A stretch of DNA of 64,000 nt from a virus (taxonomy: Duplodnaviria; Caudoviricetes), in IMG/VR virus record IMGVR_UViG_3300032138_000524, positions 67,841 to 131,840 of that record, one strand, 5' to 3'. Position numbers and translations under genes: made by a program. Shown here piece after piece: positions 29,276 to 37,712 of this stretch (the stretch's first letter is position 1; each line of letters starts with the position of its first letter). The notes beneath the pieces are model-generated. The model ran no database searches, was not told the DNA's origin, and saw only the letters and a program-made list of their open reading frames with translations.

Positions 29276-29857
29276 ATGAAGGTTTTTGAAATTGGAAAGA
29301 TGAAAACAGGTACTACGTCACTTGGTCGGGCTTTTGAAATTTTAGGATATAAACATAAAGGGTGGTCTTTAAAAATTTATAATCAATTTCTTGAATCAGA
29401 TAAAAAAGATTATAAAATTTTATATGAGGTTATTGATAATTATGATACATTTGTAGATGCCCCATGGCGTAGTTGTGATTATAAAATATTAGATAAGAAA
29501 TATCCCAATAGTAAATTTATTTTATTAGAAAGGGATGGTGAAAGTTGGATTAGAAGCATGGAACATTGGAGTTCACCAGAGTTAAATAAAGATTGGGAAA
29601 CGTGGCCAACTGAATTTGATAGAAGTGGAATAGATAAAAGATGGGTAACAGATAGAGATAATTTAATTAAAGAAAAGTTAGATAGTAAAAAATTACATTA
29701 TAGTGAAAGAAAAAAATATTTTAAAGATAGACCAAATGATTTATTGGTAATGAATATTTGTGATGATGAAGGGTGGGGAGTATTGTGTCCATTTTTAAAT
29801 AAACCAATTCCAAATGTTACATTTCCCAAAGAAAATATTAGTGAAAATTATGAGTAA
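29276..29857 (+). CDS. Sulfotransferase-family protein
   Basis: IGKMKTGTTSL, GWGVLCPFL; paralog of 9472. Confidence 0.8.
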   Translation: MKVFEIGKMKTGTTSLGRAFEILGYKHKGWSLKIYNQFLESDKKDYKILYEVIDNYDTFVDAPWRSCDYKILDKKYPNSKFILLERDGESWIRSMEHWSSPELNKDWETWPTEFDRSGIDKRWVTDRDNLIKEKLDSKKLHYSERKKYFKDRPNDLLVMNICDDEGWGVLCPFLNKPIPNVTFPKENISENYE

Positions 29858-30518
29858 AATTTTATATACGATTGGAGATAGCTTTACATATGGAGATGAA
29901 TTAGAAAATCCCGAAACAGAATGTTATCCATATCTTTTATCTAAAAAACTTGGGTGTGAGTTGGTAAATGAAGCATTGCCAGGAGCATCTAATGATTGGA
30001 TGTTTAGAAAAACTGTTCAATGGATTTCTAATAAAAATTTGGATGATATTTTTATGGTTATAGTTGGGTGGAGTAATCCACATAGAAGAGAAGAAAATTT
30101 TGAATTTTATTGGGGTGGCTCTGATAAGTATTTTGATAGATGGAATTGGTGGAATCAAGGAGAACATAAAACAATATCTAAATTTATTAGTAAATATTTG
30201 TGGAATACACGATTATCATGTTTTAAATCATTTACTTATATGTTAACCTTACAAGAGTTTTTAAAATCTAAAAATATAAAATATTTGTTTTATGATCCAT
30301 ATGCAAATATATTGATAAAAGATGATTGGTATTACGAAAATGTGGCAGATATGAAAAACGTTGTTGATAATATAGATAAAAGATTTTATGTTGGTCCTGA
30401 GATTGATGGTAGATGTATCGTTGAAGGTCAGACAAAAGAAAATAATGTTACTGGTAGACATCCAAATGTGGATGAACACAAATGGTTATCAGAAAAATTA
30501 TATGAAATTATATCATGA
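29850..30518 (+). CDS. SGNH-hydrolase-like protein
   Basis: GDSFTYG, GASND, HPN; paralog of 19808. Confidence 0.75.
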   Translation: MSKILYTIGDSFTYGDELENPETECYPYLLSKKLGCELVNEALPGASNDWMFRKTVQWISNKNLDDIFMVIVGWSNPHRREENFEFYWGGSDKYFDRWNWWNQGEHKTISKFISKYLWNTRLSCFKSFTYMLTLQEFLKSKNIKYLFYDPYANILIKDDWYYENVADMKNVVDNIDKRFYVGPEIDGRCIVEGQTKENNVTGRHPNVDEHKWLSEKLYEIIS

Positions 30519-31162
30519 ATAAAAGTTTGATTGAATTAGATGAGTATTTAGATTTATCTAAATTGGAGTTGATTAATAAAGAATTTATAGATTCTATTCA
30601 TAAAATACCAAAAAAATATATTGAAGATTTTACAGCAAATAAAAGTCATTTGAGATATAAAAATACTAAACAAGAAGGTGAAACACAAACAGTAATTTTA
30701 AGAGATGTTATTCCTGAATATTATAAAATATTCAATTATTCTATGATAGATAAGTCTGATTATTGGATGGACGATTTAATATATGATTATTTTCCACTTT
30801 TAAAACAGTTTGTATCAAATTTACCATTTAAGAATATTGGAAGATTTTTTTTCATTTTCAATGAGAATACAGCAGAACCAATACTTCATGTAGATCACGG
30901 AAAAAAAGAATGGCGACAAGAAATGATATGGATATCTCTGAGTAACAGCAGAAAATTGTTCGTTATGGAAAATAATAAACCTATTTATATGAAAGGATAT
31001 TCGTGTTGGTTCGATAGTACTAAAGTACATGGTTGTAAAACAAATGGGTATGGTGTTAGTATAAGAATTGATGGGGAATTTAAATCTGATTTTAGAAGAA
31101 AACTATTTGGTAAAAATTCAAAATGGAAAACTATACCGATAATGGATAAATATGAAGAATAA
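30515..31162 (+). CDS. Asp/Asn beta-hydroxylase-like 2OG-Fe(II) oxygenase
   Basis: LHVD, VHG, SIRIDG; paralog of 24376. Confidence 0.6.
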   Translation: MNKSLIELDEYLDLSKLELINKEFIDSIHKIPKKYIEDFTANKSHLRYKNTKQEGETQTVILRDVIPEYYKIFNYSMIDKSDYWMDDLIYDYFPLLKQFVSNLPFKNIGRFFFIFNENTAEPILHVDHGKKEWRQEMIWISLSNSRKLFVMENNKPIYMKGYSCWFDSTKVHGCKTNGYGVSIRIDGEFKSDFRRKLFGKNSKWKTIPIMDKYEE

Positions 31163-31595
31163 AGGTCTATTCGACCACGTTACACACATTACACAAAAAC
31201 AGACCAAAGGTTATTGGGATTCTCTAAACGAAACAGAGAAGAAGCAGTGGTCTAACTATATGATACATAGATTTCTATCTATGAAGATGGAATATGTTGA
31301 TGTGGTAAATGAAATTCAGAGATACAATCTTAAACCAAAAGATTTGTATAAATTATATACCAATGTTCTTCCAAAGAAGAAAGAATGGTTAAAATATGTT
31401 AAAGGAAAGAAGAATATGAAACACCCAAAATGGTTATTAGAAATAGTATCAAAATACTATGAATCAAGTCTTACAGAGGCACAAGAATATGCAGAAGTAT
31501 TTTATTCAACAGAACAAGGTAAGGCAAATCTAAAAACAATACTCCAAAAATATGGAGTAGATCCAAAGGAAATCAAGAAACTAAATCTACCCTAA
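31152..31595 (+). CDS. Clamp loader small subunit (T4 gp62-like)
   Basis: LFDH, YMIHRFLS, VNEIQ, LPKKK.W.KY, A.EY pattern. Confidence 0.7.
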   Translation: MKNKGLFDHVTHITQKQTKGYWDSLNETEKKQWSNYMIHRFLSMKMEYVDVVNEIQRYNLKPKDLYKLYTNVLPKKKEWLKYVKGKKNMKHPKWLLEIVSKYYESSLTEAQEYAEVFYSTEQGKANLKTILQKYGVDPKEIKKLNLP

Positions 31596-32680
31596 TGGCA
31601 AGAGTAAACTATGAAACTCTTGGTAAGTTCATTGATGTAGATGAAAGAGACTTAGAGTTTGAAAGGGTTACAAATTCAATAGATGTAGTAGATAGAGAAT
31701 ATGGTGTAGATGTCATATTCGATTATTACAGGCGTCATGGATTCCCACACTATACAATTCGTGAAGATGAAAAACACGAACATATGAGGAAACTCAAAAA
31801 GTTTGATGTTGATACAATATTCATTGACAATCAGATAGTCCAAACTATGCATTGTTTGAGATTGGCTTGGTCATACTTTCCACACTTTTGGTCAGTTCAA
31901 TGTGGACATTCAAGAACATCACCGATGCAGGCATTCAATGATGATAAGATATTCAAGTCAGTTATTACAAAGTGTTGGAATTGGGAACAGAAACATTATA
32001 AGGGTGAGGATCCAGAAGGAGAAAGAAACAAGTTCCATGAAAATAGATTACGACAATCTTTGAAGTTATATTCAGGTGTTCAATCAGTATCTAACTTCCG
32101 TCCTACAGCAGCAAAACTAATCTATGAGAAGTTTGGTGGTGATGGAACTATTTGGGATATGAGTTGTGGTTGGGGTGGACGATTACTTGGATTCCTTTCA
32201 TCATCTAATACCAAACATTACATAGGAACTGAACCATCTTCAAAGACCTACGAGGGTTTATTACAGATGAGCAAGGAATTCAGTTATATTAGTAAAAAAG
32301 TTGATATATATAAACAAGGGAGTGAAGAATATCTTCCAAACAAATCATCTCTCGATTTGTGTTTTACTTCACCACCTTATTTCGACACGGAAAAGTATTC
32401 CGATGAGTCCACACAAAGTTATATAAAGTATCCTACTCAAGATGAGTGGGTAAATGGTTTTTTAAAAAAGACAATAGAAAATTGTTATTACGGGTTAAAA
32501 GAAGGTGGTTATATGTTATATAATATCGCAAACACACCAAAGTATAAATTTATAGAAGAACAAACAGTAAAGATTTCAAAAGAGTTGGGTTTTGCCCAAG
32601 AAGATACATTACAGTTAACATTATCAAGTGTGATGGGTGCAGGTTATAAATATGAACCAGTATTCGTCTTTAAAAAATAG
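31595..32680 (+). CDS. DNA amino-methyltransferase (N4C/N6A)
   Basis: NFRPTAAK, WDMSCGWGGRL, FTSPPYF. Confidence 0.85.
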   Translation: MARVNYETLGKFIDVDERDLEFERVTNSIDVVDREYGVDVIFDYYRRHGFPHYTIREDEKHEHMRKLKKFDVDTIFIDNQIVQTMHCLRLAWSYFPHFWSVQCGHSRTSPMQAFNDDKIFKSVITKCWNWEQKHYKGEDPEGERNKFHENRLRQSLKLYSGVQSVSNFRPTAAKLIYEKFGGDGTIWDMSCGWGGRLLGFLSSSNTKHYIGTEPSSKTYEGLLQMSKEFSYISKKVDIYKQGSEEYLPNKSSLDLCFTSPPYFDTEKYSDESTQSYIKYPTQDEWVNGFLKKTIENCYYGLKEGGYMLYNIANTPKYKFIEEQTVKISKELGFAQEDTLQLTLSSVMGAGYKYEPVFVFKK

Positions 32681-32688
32681 GAGAAAGT

Positions 32689-33300
32689 ATGTCAGAACAA
32701 CGGGACCTTGAACGGTTATTGAAAGTACATTATGCAGATATGCCAGGATTGGATACAGAAACACAAATATTATTCAAACAGTTAGAATGGGGTATTAATT
32801 TAGGTACGAGCACTATGTATTTAACTTATGAGATTGATACAGACCAATTATATTCTGTTATGACAAGGTTTGATAACTTTATTCAATATACTAAGGGAAA
32901 GAACGATGTAAATTTAGTCATTTCGTCTTATGGTGGTGATGTTTACGCCATGTTAGGAACGATTGATTATTTTAATTCGTTACCAGTTAAAGTGAACACT
33001 CGTTGTATTGGAGCCTGTATGTCTGCAGCCGCCGTGATATTAGCGTGTGGAACTGGTGAAAGAACAATGACAGAAAATTCAACGGTTATGGTTCATGAAG
33101 GTTCAGCATTTGAAGTTGGTAAAACTTCTGATGTATTAAAAGGAGCAGACCACTTGAAAAAATTACAAACAAACATAAATCGTATTTTAGGTAAAGTTAC
33201 AAAGAAAACCCAAGAGTTTTGGGAAGAAGTTTCAAAACAAGATACATATCTAACTTCAGAACAATGTTTAGAATACGGAATAGTTGATAAAATTACTTGA
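32689..33300 (+). CDS. clpP: Second ClpP-like serine protease
   Basis: ISSYGGD, CMSAA, MVHE, YGIVDKI. Confidence 0.85.
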   Translation: MSEQRDLERLLKVHYADMPGLDTETQILFKQLEWGINLGTSTMYLTYEIDTDQLYSVMTRFDNFIQYTKGKNDVNLVISSYGGDVYAMLGTIDYFNSLPVKVNTRCIGACMSAAAVILACGTGERTMTENSTVMVHEGSAFEVGKTSDVLKGADHLKKLQTNINRILGKVTKKTQEFWEEVSKQDTYLTSEQCLEYGIVDKIT

Positions 33301-33325
33301 CTTTTACATTAATTATTCGTAAGAT
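33297..33325 (+). promoter_or_regulatory. Sigma70-like promoter TTGACT-N17-TAAGAT
   Basis: TTGACT 33297-33302, TAAGAT 33320-33325; same hexamers and spacing at 58706-58734. Confidence 0.7.
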
Positions 33326-33348
33326 CAAGTATGAAATAAGGAGATAAT

Positions 33349-33753
33349 ATGCCAAAGGCAATTAAAGAATCAAGTACAAAAAAAGAAGTAAATTCTTATT
33401 TGACAGGCGACCATGGCGATATTGTAACAATGATGGAACAAGAGTGGCCACAGATGACCGCAGAGTTTCGTAGATTACAACGAGAACAATATGAATTGTT
33501 CTTACATAAACAACACGATTACGGTCCAGGTAACATAAGTGTTGGTTCACAATTAATAACACCCGAAGAAGTGAAGTTATCACTTACGGGTTTATGGTTC
33601 AGAATGAACGATAAGATACAACGACTAAAAACTCTATTGATGAGTGGTCGTGAAAATGCAGTAGAAGGTGAACCAATGGAAGATGCATTTCTTGATGTAT
33701 CCAACTATGGTATTATGGCCACAATCGTAAAAAATGGAAAGTGGGGTAAATAA
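33349..33753 (+). CDS. Nucleotide-modification-associated domain (DUF1599/Nmad1-like, MazG-like helical fold)
   Basis: KQHDYG, RMNDKIQRL, EDAFLDVSNY. Confidence 0.75.
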   Translation: MPKAIKESSTKKEVNSYLTGDHGDIVTMMEQEWPQMTAEFRRLQREQYELFLHKQHDYGPGNISVGSQLITPEEVKLSLTGLWFRMNDKIQRLKTLLMSGRENAVEGEPMEDAFLDVSNYGIMATIVKNGKWGK

Positions 33754-33872
33754 TGTATAGGTATGATTGTGAAGTAGGATTCTACGAATCAGAATCATAT
33801 GTAGGATTGATGTGGGAAATATTGAAACATCGAACTTGGCATTTATTTACACACGGAAAATGGATGGATTAG
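33753..33872 (+). CDS. Small hypothetical protein, 39 aa (MYRYDCEVG...GKWMD), not in ORF track
   Basis: TAATG coupling to upstream stop; ends at the RBS of thioredoxin. Confidence 0.55.
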   Translation: MYRYDCEVGFYESESYVGLMWEILKHRTWHLFTHGKWMD

Positions 33873-33881
33873 GAGATTAAA

Positions 33882-34130
33882 ATGAGAACAGCAAAATATT
33901 TCACGGCCACGTGGTGTGGTCCGTGTAAAGCATTTAAACCAGTTATGAACGAAGTAGCAGGAGAAGGTCATTCAATTCAGTTTGTTGATGTAGATGAGAA
34001 CCAAACTTTAGCTTCTCAATATGGAGTTCGTTCAGTTCCGACAACGGTGATTGAAGAAAACGGAGTTGAAGTAGATAGATTTGTAGGGGCACTACCCAAA
34101 CAATCGGTAATACAAAAACTTAATGGCTAA
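33882..34130 (+). CDS. trxA: Thioredoxin
   Basis: WCGPC active site; SVPT cis-Pro motif. Confidence 0.92.
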   Translation: MRTAKYFTATWCGPCKAFKPVMNEVAGEGHSIQFVDVDENQTLASQYGVRSVPTTVIEENGVEVDRFVGALPKQSVIQKLNG

Positions 34131-35007
34131 AAGAAAATCAATATCATATAGTCAGTTTTCACAATGGGATAAATGTCCTTATATGTGGAAACTTAATTAT
34201 GTAGATAGACTATCAGTATTTACTGATAATATACATACTTTATTTGGAACGAGTATGCACGAGGTGTTACAAGAATATCTAAAAGTGATGTATACTCAAA
34301 GTATTAAAGAGGCAGACCAACTTTATTTGGATGAACAACTTGAAGATAGACTGAAGAAGAACTTCTTAGAAATTGTTAAAAAGAATGGTGGGGATGAGTT
34401 TTGTACAAAAGACCAAATGGTAGAGTTTTACGAAGATGGGTTAAAGATTCTTGATTATTTCAAGAAGAAACGAAATATGTATTTCAGTAAAAGAGGATAT
34501 GAGTTAATTGGTATTGAAACTGCCCTTGATTATGGATTACCTAAGAATATCAAATTTCGTGGTTATATTGATTTGATTATTAAAGATACGGTTAGAAACA
34601 GAATCAAGATTATTGACATTAAAACATCTACTATGGGATGGAATAAGTATCAAAAGGCTGATAAGAACAAAACAGACCAATTGTTATTGTATAAACAATT
34701 TTATTCTAAACAACATGATGTTCCGATGGATAGAATTGAAGTAGAGTATTTCATAGTAAAGAGAAAATTATATGAAAATATGGATTTTCCACAAAAACGA
34801 ATACAAACATTTACACCAGCAAATGGTAAACCATCAATTAATAAAGTAATTAGAAGGTTAGAATTATTTATGGACGACTGTTTCACCGATGACGGAGAAT
34901 ATAGAGATGACCATACTTATAATAAACTACCTTCAAAGAAAAATTGTAGGTGGTGTGATTTCAGAGATAAACCAGAGTTATGTGATAAGAATGGAGTAAA
35001 AGTATGA
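34123..35007 (+). CDS. PD-(D/E)XK (Cas4/RecB-like) exonuclease
   Basis: SYSQ..CP, GYIDL, IIDIKT, QLLLY, CRWC...C. Confidence 0.88.
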   Translation: MAKRKSISYSQFSQWDKCPYMWKLNYVDRLSVFTDNIHTLFGTSMHEVLQEYLKVMYTQSIKEADQLYLDEQLEDRLKKNFLEIVKKNGGDEFCTKDQMVEFYEDGLKILDYFKKKRNMYFSKRGYELIGIETALDYGLPKNIKFRGYIDLIIKDTVRNRIKIIDIKTSTMGWNKYQKADKNKTDQLLLYKQFYSKQHDVPMDRIEVEYFIVKRKLYENMDFPQKRIQTFTPANGKPSINKVIRRLELFMDDCFTDDGEYRDDHTYNKLPSKKNCRWCDFRDKPELCDKNGVKV

Positions 35008-35456
35008 ATGGAGCAATTTACGCGTTAAGAATAAAACTTTCAGATTTTATGAATGATCCTTTGGAATCGTCTGTAGTAGATAAAATTCATGAGATTTACA
35101 AGATACATACCTTTAAACTTCAGTTGTGGTATGATGATGGCGAAATAACGGCAAAAGATTTAAAATCATTTATAGAAAAGTATGAACGTATACTTCACTA
35201 TAAAACTACAATACGACCAAATAGAGAGTCAGACCATGCTCAATATACTTGGTATAATATTATACATAATGATGATAAGGACGAGAAGTATCCTTGTAGA
35301 TTTCAATATGTACATGATACTCGGTGGAAACTTAGTGGAGTATTAAAAGGATTAGACGAATTTAGTGGTTGTCTAAAGTTTGTTACTTCACCGAAACCAT
35401 CGAGAGATGATAGACCACCTAAGAGAAAACAAAAAAGAAATGACTACGAGGATTAG
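35004..35456 (+). CDS. Hypothetical protein
   Basis: Coupled ORF, no recognisable motif. Confidence 0.6.
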   Translation: MNGAIYALRIKLSDFMNDPLESSVVDKIHEIYKIHTFKLQLWYDDGEITAKDLKSFIEKYERILHYKTTIRPNRESDHAQYTWYNIIHNDDKDEKYPCRFQYVHDTRWKLSGVLKGLDEFSGCLKFVTSPKPSRDDRPPKRKQKRNDYED

Positions 35457-35460
35457 ATAA

Positions 35461-35865
35461 ATGAAAAAAGTTGGTATAGTAGGGGCACGAAAATATACTA
35501 ATAAAAGAAAAATTAAAGAGTTTGTATATAAACTCAAAGAACAATTTGGAGAAGATGTTGAAGTAGTAAGTGGTGGACAACCAAAGGGTGCAGATGGTTA
35601 CGCAAAGAAATTTGCATTAGAATTTGATATGAATTATGTAGAATTTCCACCTGCACACTATCAATATAATCAACATTGTATCTTAGATAGGGATAATTAC
35701 GGAAAAAGATACCATGTGGTCAATTTTTTTGACCGAAATAAACAAATCGCTGAATATAGTGATTATATAGTTGCATTCATACCAGAGGGATACAATTCAA
35801 ACGGCACATTAGATACAATAGGTCATGCTGAAAAACTAAATAAAAAAGTTGTTATTTTGGATTAG
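35461..35865 (+). CDS. SLOG-family (YspA/DUF2493-like) protein
   Basis: GIVGAR, VSGG..GAD, RN.QI, SNGT. Confidence 0.8.
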   Translation: MKKVGIVGARKYTNKRKIKEFVYKLKEQFGEDVEVVSGGQPKGADGYAKKFALEFDMNYVEFPPAHYQYNQHCILDRDNYGKRYHVVNFFDRNKQIAEYSDYIVAFIPEGYNSNGTLDTIGHAEKLNKKVVILD

Positions 35866-35901
35866 ACTTATACTTATATATATGTATATATGGAGATTAA
35901 T

Positions 35902-36099
35902 ATGAAAAGTAATACAAAGCTTACATCCGTTAAAATCATAAGTGATTTATATAAGAGATTTAGGGGTGTTGCTTTAAGTGAAGAATTCACATTACAAAAG
36001 TTAGTAAATAGGTCAATGGACAAATATTTAAAGAGTGAAGAATATAAAAAGTCTATTGTGGAGTATGATGAACTGCAGATTAGTGGTAGTAATTTTTAA
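35902..36099 (+). CDS. Small ribbon-helix-helix-like protein
   Basis: LTSVKI strand followed by two helices; GGAG upstream of ATG 35902. Confidence 0.55.
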   Translation: MKSNTKLTSVKIISDLYKRFRGVALSEEFTLQKLVNRSMDKYLKSEEYKKSIVEYDELQISGSNF

Positions 36100-36122
36100 A
36101 AAGTTATAACAAAGAGGGTTAT

Positions 36123-37517
36123 ATGTCCAAAAAGAAAATTTTGTTACTTTCAGATGATTTAAGAATGTCAAGTGGAGTTGGTACAGTTTCAAAGAACTTT
36201 GTGCTGGGAACAATAGATAAGTATGATTGGGTTCAGGCAGGTGGTGCTATAAAACACCCCGAAGAAGGTAAAGTGGTAGATATGCAGGATTCAATTCGTG
36301 AAGAAACTGGAATAGAAGATGCATATCTTAAAATATATCCAATAAGTGGTTATGGAAACCAAGAACTTCTTCGACAGATAATGAATATAGAAAAACCAGA
36401 TGCAATATTACATTATACAGACCCAAGATTTTGGGTTTGGTTGTATCAGATGGAACATGAACTTAGACAACACATTCCTATATTCTATTATAATATATGG
36501 GATGATTTACCTTATCCAAGATATAATGAGTTTTTCTATGAATCATCAGATTTGATTATGAATATATCTAAACAGACTGTAAATATTGTAAATAATGTAG
36601 CAGAAACGAAACCAAGAACAGATTGGGATTGTACATATATTCCACATGGTATTCCTGAAGATAAGTTTTATCCTATTGGAGAATTAGAGGTACAAGAATA
36701 TCAAGAATTAGAACTATATAAAAGAAAAATATTAAATAATAAAGAAAAAGATTTTGTAGTATTTTGGAACAATAGAAATATTCGTAGAAAACTACCTGCT
36801 GATGTTATCTTAGCATATAAAACATTTTGTGATATGTTACCTAAAGAACAATCTGAGAAATGTGTATTGATAATGCATACACAACCAGTAGATAATAATG
36901 GAACTGATTTACCAGAAGTGGTTAGAAATATTTGTTCTGATTATGATGTTGTTTTTTCACACGAAAAATTAGATGATAAACAATTAAATTTTATTTATAA
37001 TATAGCAGATGTTCAACTTAATATAGCTTCTAATGAAGGATTTGGATTAGGAACTGCAGAGGCAGTAATGGCAGGAACTCCAATTATTGTAAATGTCACA
37101 GGTGGGTTACAGGATCAATGTGGGTTTAAGTTAAAGGGGAAACACGTCACACACGAAGATTATTCAGAAATACATTCATTTCATGATGATAAAAAGTGGA
37201 AAGACAATAAAGATTTAACTTGGGGTGAATGGGTAAAACCAGTTTGGCCATCAAATCGTTCATTACAAGGTTCAATCCCAACACCATATATTTTTGACGA
37301 TAGGTGTAGGTGGGATGATGTATCGGAGAGACTTAAAGAGTGGTATGATACACCATTAGAAGAACGAAAAGAGGCTGGACAAAAAGGTAGAGAGTGGATG
37401 TTAAAAGAAGAAATTGGAATGTCTGCTAAACATATGTGTGAACGATTTGTTCATGATATGGATACAGCATTTGAAAAATGGACACCAAGAAAAAGATTTA
37501 CGTTATATAAAGCATAG
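36123..37517 (+). CDS. GT4 glycosyltransferase
   Basis: NNRNIRRK, EGFGLGTAEA, GTPII. Confidence 0.88.
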   Translation: MSKKKILLLSDDLRMSSGVGTVSKNFVLGTIDKYDWVQAGGAIKHPEEGKVVDMQDSIREETGIEDAYLKIYPISGYGNQELLRQIMNIEKPDAILHYTDPRFWVWLYQMEHELRQHIPIFYYNIWDDLPYPRYNEFFYESSDLIMNISKQTVNIVNNVAETKPRTDWDCTYIPHGIPEDKFYPIGELEVQEYQELELYKRKILNNKEKDFVVFWNNRNIRRKLPADVILAYKTFCDMLPKEQSEKCVLIMHTQPVDNNGTDLPEVVRNICSDYDVVFSHEKLDDKQLNFIYNIADVQLNIASNEGFGLGTAEAVMAGTPIIVNVTGGLQDQCGFKLKGKHVTHEDYSEIHSFHDDKKWKDNKDLTWGEWVKPVWPSNRSLQGSIPTPYIFDDRCRWDDVSERLKEWYDTPLEERKEAGQKGREWMLKEEIGMSAKHMCERFVHDMDTAFEKWTPRKRFTLYKA

Positions 37518-37526
37518 GAGAATAAA

Positions 37527-37703
37527 ATGCCAAGAGCAAAGAAGAAAACGACAACGACAAAGAAAACAACGACTAAGAAACGTGCACCAAGAAAATCTTC
37601 AAGACGGAAAACAAAAGATCGTAGACGGAGTAATCCTGGTGATGTTTTTTGGACAAAAGTTATAAACGGTTTTAAAAAAGTTTTCGAATCACCATTTAAA
37701 TAA
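37527..37703 (+). CDS. Small highly basic protein, 58 aa (MPRAKKKTTTTKK...VFESPFK), not in ORF track
   Basis: AGGAG upstream of ATG 37527; fills the gap between two GT genes. Confidence 0.7.
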   Translation: MPRAKKKTTTTKKTTTKKRAPRKSSRRKTKDRRRSNPGDVFWTKVINGFKKVFESPFK

Positions 37704-37712
37704 GAGGGATAG

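Larger units (their letters stand above)
19844..29929 (+). repeat. 44-nt near-identical direct repeat (19844-19887 / 29886-29929) in the paired SGNH genes
   Basis: ACATATGGAGATGAATTAGAAAATCC(T/C)GAAACAGAATGTTATCC, 43/44 identical. Confidence 0.85.

Noticed and set aside
34123-35007. CRISPR-Cas system suggested by the Cas4-like nuclease
   Set aside because: No repeat-spacer array or other cas genes; solo Cas4-like nucleases are common in phages.
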